A DNA stretch of 61,869 bases, counting the filler, from Dugesia japonica (lineage: Eukaryota), in the NCBI GenBank assembly GCA_001938525.1. It is 6 parts of 6 records of this genome, joined end to end, with 100 filler letters (N's around TTAATTAATTAA, not from the genome) between each part and the next. Parts side by side here need not be neighbours in the genome. Positions count along the whole stretch, not along the records: positions 51,961 to 61,869 come from MQRL01622383.1; 5 more parts are not named here. One strand, given 5' to 3'. The first letter of the stretch is position 1. Each line of letters begins with the position of its first letter. The position numbers and the translations under genes were made by a program. The notes beneath the pieces were generated by a model. The model made no database searches, had not been told where the DNA came from, and was given only the letters and a program-made list of their open reading frames with translations. Of this stretch, positions 53,038 through 61,869 are shown in pieces.

Positions 53038-56000
53038 ATTCAATGTGGACTGGATCACTCATTAGTTCTTACGGATAAAGGACGAGTATATTCCTGTGGT
53101 CTTGGTACTGATGGTCAAACAGGCTTACAAACATATGAAAATGTTTTCAGATTTAATGAAATTTCATTTCCTGAGTCCTCAATCGTAATCAAGTAATTAC
53201 ATTAAAATAACACAAAATATCTTTGATAAATAAAAAATTTCAATAATAAATTATGAATAAAATAAAATTACATTTGAGAAATAATTATTGAAAAACACTA
53301 AATAACGTTTTTAATAAATAAATATTAATGATTTCTTGCAATCTGATTGGTTGCCTACAATATTAGGTCGTTAAGTATTAGGTCCTTAGTTTGACAATCG
53401 ATATCTTTTAATATTTTACCTTGAAAATTATTTGCTTTCGTTTGAATGTTAAAATACGTCATCAACTTTTGATATTTCCAATTTATCAAAAACTATGTCA
53501 CATTAATATCGATTATAAACATTTAATTATTAAATTTTAATAAAATAGGATTTAGATTCTAGAATTTTAGTAAAATATAAAAAGTCTCTTGCAGTACTCT
53601 TGGATTTCATCGCGGCACACAGTTTGTGACACACTGTTCTAAATGAATTTGCAATGTGTAATACAATAACAACAACNNNNNNNNNNNNNNNNNNNNNNNN
53701 NNNNNNNNNNNNNNNNNNNNNNNNNNNNNNNNNNNNNNNNNNNNNNNNNNNNNNNNCAAAATCGCAATTTCTGAATCGCAGGTATCTTGAGATAAAGTAA
53801 AACCATAATATGCTTCCAAAATTAGACGATAGCTTCCAACTGGAGTTTTCTTTAGGTTGAATAATAACAAGACAAAATAAAAAACTACTTTTTTCTCTAA
53901 AATAGCTAAATCAATAATCAATACTTGCTCTATTTGAATTTATAATGATTGCAAATTCACTTTTGTTTAAATTAAGTTATTGTTTTATCTGAAGAAGAAA
54001 TTAATTTATTAAAATTTGGACCCAATTTTAGTATTAGAAAACGAATTGATAATTTTCAATTGCAATCAAAAATCGAGTCCTTTTTTAACTATTATTTGAA
54101 CACACACAAAAATAAATTTTGTCTAAAAATATTAGTTGTGATTTGGAACATGAATTATCTTTTAAGCACGTTTCAATTTCCGATTATATTGTCTTCTTAG
54201 ATCAAATTTTAAGAAACGATGGATATGTTAAAAAATTGGGCACATCTTTTATCGGAAATAGAATTTGCAGAAGACGACTGGTAAGAGCCCGGCTGAGATC
54301 GTATTGAGAAAGAAAATTAGCAGAGAAAAGTAGTACGAGTCAGAAGTTTCAGAAAGAACTAAAGAAAACATTTGAGAAGTGACTACTAATAGAAAATTCA
54401 AAATAGGAGAATATGTCCTCATCAAGGTAGAAACAAGAAATAAAAGTCAATACAGATTTGTATGTCCTTATCGAGAAAATTCACGAAAGACGGTATGCAG
54501 TACGGAGAAAATGGACAGCGATTAGAAATAAATGTGGAAAAACTTAGAAAGTTTCTTAAGAAAGAGGATATAAGGAAATAATTATTATTTAATAATTTCT
54601 GCCAATAGAAAGCGATTAAATTGAATATTAATATTTAATTAATTCTATCAACTATAGTTATCTAATCAGTTATCTGTTTAAGTAGTGAAATAAATTATGC
54701 CTAAAAATATTAGTTGTGATTTAGAAAATAAATTATCAATTTAAGATTTACCTAACATGGTATTCGTATTATTTTCGAATATGAGTTCCATCGTGGAACC
54801 AATGCAAAGCAAACAGTTCGGAACATAAACGAAGTGTGANNNNNNNNNNNNNNNNNNNNNNNNNNNNNNNNNNNNNNNNNNNNNNNNNNNNNNNNNNNNN
54901 NNNNNNNNNNNNNNNNAAGCCTCGTAGGCGACCTCAGACGAATGATAATCTGAAAGTTTTAGTTACTCTCAAATTAGCGACAAAGTTCAACGTTTCCATT
55001 CCAATAATATTAAATTGTTTTTACATGAAATTCTGACAGGAGATGAGAGTCCCAAACGCTAGAAATCATGGATTGATCCGAGTCAAGATTCAAAACAGAC
55101 TGCAAAGCAAAATTGTTTTGGAAAGAAAGCAATGCTCCGCGTTTGGTGGGATTAAAAGGGTATGGTATATTATTATCTTCTAAAACAAGGTGAAACTATT
55201 AAATCTGATCTCTATAAAAAGAATAATGGAGCTGAACAATTGTTTGATTACCAAATGTTCAGAATGGACCAAAAGACATGGTAAAGTTATTTTTTTCAAT
55301 GACAACGCACCGTCATATACTTCAAAAGGAGTAAAAAACACGTTTAAAGATCTAGCCTGGAAAGTACTCACCCACCCGCCATACTCACAAGATCTTGTTC
55401 CATTAGATTTTTATCTGTTCCGATCAATGGCACATGGACTTGCTGAGCAGCAATTTAAAACCTACGTAGATGTCCAAAAATAAGTCTCTGAATGGTTCGC
55501 CTCGAAACAAGAAAAATTCTTTTGGGACGGCATCCACAAGTTACCTGAAAGATGGGAGAAATTTGTAGTTAATAATGGTAATTTCTTTGAATAAAATATT
55601 TTTATGAATCTTTTAAAATTTTCGTGTATTGTTTTTCAAAAAAATCTGCATTACTTTCCCGTACACCTAATAATAGACTAGTTAAAACTTATTGGCAAAG
55701 TCATAAAGTAAGGCCGATGAGTTCCATATGAATTAAGTGACCAGCAGAAAAGAAATTGTCTAGAGGCTTTTTTAGTGTCGCGATATAAATGCGAACCTTT
55801 CTTCAACGTATTGAGACATGTGATGAAAAAAGGATTTCATTTTATCGACGTCTATGCAATTATATAAAATATTTAGTGACTTCTATGCAATTTTATAAAA
55901 TATTTAGTGACTTCTATGCAATTTTATAAAATATTTAGTGACTTGTTCGCAATTATATAAAATATTTAGTGACTTCTATGCAATTTTATAGTAAAAAATA

Positions 56001-59000
56001 GTATGCGGAGGAACATATTTGAGCAAATCTTACGTTTTTTCCATTGTGCAAATAATAATTTGTCAAATATAATTGATAACACGGGGAAATTGCTGCCGTT
56101 AATTACTGGAAATAAAAGAATTGCCATGAAAATTTTATATCAGAACCACAGTTATCATGTGACGAGTGTATTTATACGAGGAAAGCCTATTAGGACGAGG
56201 TATAAGGTATGGTGCATGAATACTGTATCAGGATATCTAGTAGATTTTGACAAGTATCAAGGAAAAAATTTTACAAAAAATGAAAAATATGAAAAAGATT
56301 TTGGTGCGATATGATAAAACAGATAATTTTGTCGTAAACATTCCTAACGATAAGAAGAGAAAATGTGATGATCTAACTTGTCCGTCAATCATAAGAACCA
56401 TGTGTAAAAAATGAAATATCGGTTTATAAACTGTTTTGAAATTTATCATTTAAGGAATTATTTTTTTTTTGTATATTTATACATATTTTGTCTATTTTTG
56501 TGCAATAAAATTAAAGATTATATGTTATTTATGTATGACTATCAATAAACATATAAAGTAGCTGAAGTGCTTAGCGTTGCCATATGGCAACGTCTTATAT
56601 CTTTGGCTAAAACATATTTTTTCGCAAAAACCCCATATTCTTTCTAAACAGATGTAACTAATATTTATTTAAAAGGAAATTTCAAATTTCAAAAAAAAAT
56701 TTAATTCAAGTTATTAAGGGTTAAATATCATCAATTCTTGATATTAAATTATTTTTAAATTATACTTTTTGATGGANNNNNNNNNNNNNNNNNNNNNNNN
56801 NNNNNNATATTTTGAACTTTTATAATTGATGTTACAATTCTACATTGATAGAAAAATTTCCTGTTGTGCTGACACTAATTTGTCCCTAACAAATGATAAT
56901 CGAATTTTCGGATGGGGAAACAACGAATATGGCCAATTGTTTGAACATATAAATGAAATTCAAATTAATCAACCAACTGAATTAATATTTGACAATAGTG
57001 AAGAAGTTCAAGATGTTTTAGCATTAGGCTCATTTTGTTTAGTTGTTACCAACACCGATAAAGTAATTATTTCAATTATAANNNNNNNNNNNNNNNNNNN
57101 NNNNNNNNNNNNNNNNNNNNNNNNNNNNNNNNNNNNNNNNNNNNNNNNNNNNNNNNNNNNNNNNNNNNNNNNNNNNNNNNTAGTATTGTATGTTGCAATC
57201 ATAATCAATTAGTTTCATTTCACGATTATGATTTTAGAACTAAGAAGGACGATAAATTATATTTGTAGTTAATACGTTCACTGTCATACCAGTTAAATAC
57301 AACTCGGATTAATGTTATGCTTAATACGACTACGTAGAAAAGCGGCGCAAGAAACGAGCGAAGGCTTAAGAAATTCTTTAAGTTATATGAAAAAATTAAA
57401 ACTGAAAAGGTGAAAATAATTTGATATTTCAAAGTAATAAGCTATTCTATTTAAATTGTCCAAGGTCGTCATGGTTCCATAAATTTATAATTATACTTAA
57501 AGACGATATTCAATTGGTCGTTCTTGTATTTATCTGCTTGTGACTGTCTAATCTTTATTTAAGACAGAATGCATGAAAAAAGAAATTTGGTGTGCCTGCA
57601 GACTAAAAAACGTTTGCGAATCACTGGTCTAAAGCCTGAACTGAATCGTTAAATTTTCAACTCATTATCAATTAAATCTTACTTTAAAGAATTCTATTTT
57701 ATATCGAAAAACGTAATCATTTTAAAATATTTTAAATTAAATGTATTTATTCAGTCTCTATTGTTTGAACAAAGATTAATGCGATTATACTGAATATAAG
57801 ATGACTATAAATTCTTAATTTTAAAAATTCTTAGTTATTAAATTTTTTAAAAATTTTTAAATACAAAATTATTTTATAATCTAATAAAACATTTTTACAA
57901 TAATATTTTATTAAAGTTACTATTTAATTCTATAGTAATTTTAATAACATATAATAAAAAAATTTATTATTAGATTATAAAATAATTTTGTATTTAATAA
58001 TTTTTAAAAAATTTAATAACTAGGAATTTTTAAAATTAAGATTTATAACCATCTTATATTCAGTATAATCGCATTAATCTTTGTTTAAATGTATTTGTTT
58101 AATCAATTCAAAAAATAAACATAAATTTAAATCTATATTATAAAAATAATAATCGCTGTAAAATGTTTTTTATTCATAGCAGTCACCAGCCTCAATAACT
58201 TTCTTCATTTTTTCAATAGATGCATTCAAGGCTTTACCCATTGGAATATTTATGAATTTTGGTAGATCACTATTTAGAAATGTTCTTATTTCATAAATAT
58301 GTTTAAAATCTGTAAGACTTCTCTCCAGTCTTTTAAAAAAATAATTGTCACAAATATTTATATCTGGTGAATATGGTGATTAACGAAGAGGTTTTACGTT
58401 TTTAGAGTCTAAGAATTCAATAGTATCGTGAGCAATATGTGATCGAGCGTTGTCATGCATAAGATACATATTTTGTGGAGAAAACTTTAATGAGATTTTG
58501 AAGAAATTGAATATCTCAGAATTGATCATTTCATTCCGTTCTAATATTTCAAATTAAAGGTACCACCTTTGTGAAATAGCAATAATGACCATTTACTTAT
58601 TTCCCATCGTTGATCTGACAGGAGTCTGAGTAGNNNNNNNNNNNNNNNNNNNNNNNNNNNNNNNNNNNNNNNNNNNNNNNNNNNNNNNNNNNNNNNNNNN
58701 NNNNNNNNNNNNNNNNNNNNNNNNNNNNNNNNNNNNNNNNNNNNNNNNNNNCTTTTTTTGTAATAAACCAATTAATTCATTACATCGATCAACACGAAGA
58801 GTTTTGTTGCCATCTGCAAGAACATGAGATACCCATGTTGTGTGATACCATAGAACCTCTAGATCTTCTCGAATTACACGTTGAACCATCTAATGGGTTA
58901 TTTGCAAATATTCGGATATTTCGTCAATAGTCATACTACCATATTCTTCTCTACACCTTTTAACATGATCAACGTTCCTCGCTTTTTCTTCTTCCACTTC

Positions 59001-59510
59001 CTTTCTGACGCTGAAAGGTTTATCTTTCTCCAGTACGAAATTGTCTCATAAGTCTTATAATTTGAATAACACTTATATATATCTGAAGCAATGCTTTATG
59101 AAGGATCTCATAAACCTCATAAAAAAATTTATTTGATAATTTGTAATAAAAAAAATAAAATATCACGATTTGTTTATTTTTATATTTTTGAAATATATTT
59201 ATTTCATAATCAGATAATGGCTTGGGGATTTGGAAAATTCAATGACCACGCAACAGCATATAGATATCCAACAGAAGTACAATTAATTGGAAATAATGGG
59301 GAAATTGTAAAAGAAAAGATAATTAAAATTCGAGGATCTGTTCATTATGCTGTGTTGATGACTATATCGGGTAGAATGTTTGTTGTTAGCAATTATCCAA
59401 GAGATAAGCGGAGCATAAATTCAGATAGATTTGTATCAAATGAAGTTATATTTCCTAGACCTGTTATTGATTTCTGCAGTGGTTCTGATAGTATTTTCTA
59501 CTCTATGTGA
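53038..59510 (+). CDS. RCC1L: RCC1-like protein (RCC1L/WBSCR16 orthologue), 3' exons 53038-53192, 56852-57062, 59214-59510
   Basis: Phase-compatible GT-AG splicing gives CGLDHSLVLTDKGRVYSCGLGTDGQTGL...IFGWGNNEYGQL...QINQP...IMAWGFG...VIDFCSGSD*, matching recalled RCC1L motifs (CGQDHSLFLTDKGEVYSCGWGADGQTGL, LFGWGNSEYLQL). 5' exons not found. Confidence 0.85.
53600..53900 (-). mobile_element. Mariner N-terminal fragment, intronic
   Basis: LLLFNLKKTPVGSYRLILEAY...LSQDTC resembles the mariner N-terminal HTH. Confidence 0.6.
53975..54100 (+). mobile_element. Penelope-like N-terminal fragment
   Basis: LSEEEINLLKFGPNFSI motif typical of PLE N-termini. Confidence 0.55.
54119..54762 (+). mobile_element. 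Gypsy family B 3' end: IN tail, PPT, LTR 54569-54757, then TGGTA
   Basis: FKIGEYVLIKVETRNKSQ; PPT aagaaagagga; LTR homologous to 30148 and 48372. Confidence 0.85.
54763..55670 (+). mobile_element. Decayed mariner, intronic
   Basis: IFEYEFHRGTNA, KAMLRVWWD, NDNAP, HPPYSQDLVPLDFYLFRSM; TIR ttactttcccgtacacctaa + TA. Confidence 0.9.
55850..55992. repeat. 31-bp tandem repeat GACTTCTATGCAATTTTATAAAATATTTAGT, about 4.5 copies
   Basis: Directly visible; a second short mariner fragment (VPYELSD, RIETCDEK) precedes it at 55675-55845. Confidence 0.9.
56003..56724 (+). mobile_element. Internally deleted piggyBac (PGBD3-like) with right end
   Basis: MRRNIFEQILRFFH, FIRGKPIRTRYKVW, Cys-rich tail; subterminal palindrome CGTTGCCATATGGCAACG; terminus AAGGG-TTAA at 56716-56724. 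Confidence 0.88.
57768..58085. mobile_element. MITE-like foldback with ~125-bp inverted arms
   Basis: aacaaagattaatgcgattatactgaatataagatg ... catcttatattcagtataatcgcattaatctttgtt. Confidence 0.85.
58170..59050 (-). mobile_element. Decayed mariner, intronic
   Basis: WVSHVL, LMHDNARSH, SPYSPDINICD. Confidence 0.85.
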
Positions 59511-59952
59511 ATAAATTGGCAATAGTTGTATTAAATATCACTTGAAAAAGCAAATGTCAACATTTGATATGCATTTTAGAGATAAAATGTAAAAGAATAC
59601 TATTTTATGTGGCTCACAGTAACTTTTACGGGGAATGATTCATTTGTAAATCATTTAATAAAATTTCTTTTTGAACTTTNNNNNNNNNNNNNNNNNNNNN
59701 NNNNNNNNNNNNNNNNNNNNNNNNNNNNNNNNNNNNNNNNNNNNNNNNNNNNNNNNNNNNNNNNNNNNNNNNNNNNNNNNNNNNNNNNNNNNNNNNNNNN
59801 NNNNNNNNNNAGAGTAATTGTTGGACATAACCATTGATCGTTTTTCAGAATTCATTTAAAATAAAAGCTTTTAATAAAAAAAAATTTTGATTGAAGCTTT
59901 TATTTTAAATGAATTATCATTATTATCATTATTATCATTATTATCATTATTA

Positions 59953-59984
<32 letters not shown>

Positions 59985-60105
59985 GTTATTATTAATATTA
60001 TTATTATTATTATAAGATAAATTAGTAATAATATCTAGAAGGATAAAATAATTATGTGAATAAAAATTACCAACGAGGTGGTCATTAATCACTATTTCTA
60101 GTTGT

Positions 60106-60315
60106 AGTAGGTAGATAGTGGCGCATTGATTTTTCAATTAAGACCACCCCCGGGCATAAAAATTTAAAAGAAAATTAAAAACGGGCATAAAAAATTTAAA
60201 AGAAATTTAAAAACTGGCATAAAAATGTAAAAGAAAATAAAAAACGGGCATAAAAATGTAAAAGAAATTAAAAAACGGGCATAAATTTTAAAAGAAATTT
60301 AAAAATGGGCATAAA
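60106..60315 (+). mobile_element. AGTAG-terminus element end with 6 x ~31-bp GGGCATAAAAA tandem array
   Basis: AGTAGGTAGATAGTGGCGCA...CACCCC, then units at 60151, 60182, 60214, 60245, 60276 and 60306. Confidence 0.7.
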
Positions 60316-60529
60316 GTTGGTGATAATATTCAATGAAAATCAATTTTACAATTTAAATCAATATTAATTTGATATAATTGAATTTAAAAGAGCTTAATTT
60401 AAATTAAATATGATTCGATTGTTCTAGAATCGATTGTTTAAATGCATATATGTAATTAATAAATACACACCTATTCTAAAACCTATATAAACAGAATATT
60501 TAATTAATTATTTATTATTTCAACTGAGA

Positions 60530-60966
60530 ATGCCAGTAACTCTTACCATGGAAAATTCGTCTAAACTAAAATTCGAATTTGAAAAACCAAGAAATTACTT
60601 CAAGCATGAGATGATTTTCTAAAAGAAATCAATAAATTATACTTTTCAAGTAAGATTTAATTTGCTTATTACTTTTTTAATACTTTTATTCAGGATCCAG
60701 TAAAAGTAAAACCTTGTATTTAGGATTTGTACATATCTGAAATCAGTGACAAAGATCAAAAGACTCTTAATGAATTATTCGTAAGAATTAATGGAAACGT
60801 AAAAATTGAAGATGCTACATTTATTAAATCTAAAGAAGAAAATGTTCAAGAAAGTAAATCAATCATTACAGTTGAAATTATTGGTTATAAGAAATTGGAT
60901 GATATAATAAAACCAATTTGGAAAGTTAAATCAACTGAAAAGTGTGAGGATAATTTTATTGAATAA
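60530..60966 (+). pseudogene. Two-exon small gene of unknown family, paralogue of 504-955
   Basis: TATATAAA at 60484; ATG 60530 (MPVTLTMENSSKLKFEFEK); 44-bp intron 60650-60693; exon 2 DPVKVKPCI*DLYISEISDKDQKTLNELF...SIITVEIIGYKK...IWKVK; single frame with two stops. Confidence 0.6.
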
Positions 60967-61141
60967 ATATTAGTGTAATTAATAGACTTATCCTAATAAT
61001 TTCTAAGTTGTTTAATAACTTTTATAAAACAGAAAAGTTTATTTAATTCAATTCACTGTTATGCGATGATCTGGTGATTGTTTTGTGCAACAATTGGCAA
61101 CTGAAATTATAATATTAAAATGAATAATTTAAGCAATAAAA

Positions 61142-61720
61142 TTACTTAAAGTATTTGGATCTCTTTCTAATAATACTTATAATACTAATAATAATTATAA
61201 TAATAATAATACTAATAATACTAATAATACTTGTCTTAATAATAAGTACTAAAGCTTTTAGTTTGATATTCATTTGAACTTTATTTATTGATTCGGGACT
61301 TGAATAACTTAAATCGCCAGTGAACTCTTTAATTAATGCTTCTTTTTCTAACATATAAAACTCATTTACAACAGTTGAAAACTTAAGTTCATGAAATTTA
61401 ACTAAATTATCCATTAGAAATGACATGTTTTCCAATGAATCTGGATTAAATTTTAATTTATCCATTAATTCTAATCTTCTAAGTATTACAAGACTATCTA
61501 AGAATTGGATTTGAATAAGAGCTTGTAGACCACTTTGTAATGTTTTTTCTAATTTATGACGATAAAGAATAATTTAATTGTTTGATATTTCCTCCATAGC
61601 ATCGATAAATGGGTCAAAATTGAATAAATTTGTCAGATTATTAGCAACATCTACTTTACATTTGTTGAGATAATCTTAATAATTCAACGATAAACAGCCT
61701 TTAGTCTCTGAAATATTTTA
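61142..61720 (-). pseudogene. Decayed ORF of unknown function, tail-to-tail with the 60530 gene
   Basis: The 107-aa ORF extends upstream in frame through two TAA (DYLNKCKVDVANNL...LQIQFLDSLV-like segment); no recognisable domain. Confidence 0.35.
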
Positions 61721-61869
61721 GATTGCTACTTGATCTTTACACATATTTTAAAACTTAGTCTTTATTTGTATTTATAATTTTTAAACCAAGTCGAATTATT
61801 TTTGAAATTTGAAAATTTGACATTTATTGCAAACAATGAATTTAAACAAGATTTATTTAAAATGTTAAT

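Noticed and set aside
3300-60315. CRISPR-like arrays
   Set aside because: Eukaryotic context, no unique spacers between constant repeats, and no cas genes.
504-61720. Alternative genetic code (TAA/TAG or TGA read-through) suggested by in-frame stops in the small genes
   Set aside because: The ankyrin and RCC1L exons have no internal stops, and paralogous gypsy copies differ by CAA/TAA and TGG/TGA at the same codons, which indicates ordinary mutational decay.

Overview
Very AT-rich eukaryotic (metazoan-type) genomic DNA, not prokaryotic. Minimal GT-AG introns are 44-48 bp, (TAT)n/(AAT)n microsatellites are abundant, and the transposon set is planarian-like (the host assignment is inference only). 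The window consists of six segments joined by identical artificial linkers (44 N + TTAATTAATTAA + 44 N), so adjacency across linkers is not reliable. Two host genes can be spliced by eye: an ankyrin-repeat gene with one repeat per phase-0 exon (41661-46277) and the 3' part of an RCC1L/WBSCR16 orthologue (53038-59510). Most of the rest is decayed mobile DNA: mariner, rosa (DD41D), Tc1, pogo, piggyBac and hAT pieces, two Ty3/Gypsy families, Penelope-like elements, an R2/NeSL-type RLE retroelement, a Ulp1-like protease relic and a Polinton/Maverick-type pPolB relic. The most interesting unannotated pattern is a recurring element terminus, AGTAGGTAGATAGT..C.CA. It occurs five times (one copy inserted in a mariner, one split by a pogo), plus one AGTAGT variant. 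Most copies are followed by a different tandem array of transcription-factor-like motifs (TCAAGGTCA+TGATTGG, TGA(C/G)TCA, GGGCATAAAAA, GGGTTAGGG/GTAAACA/CACCTG). One copy lies next to a member of a small spliced gene family present twice in the window with an identical 44-bp intron position.
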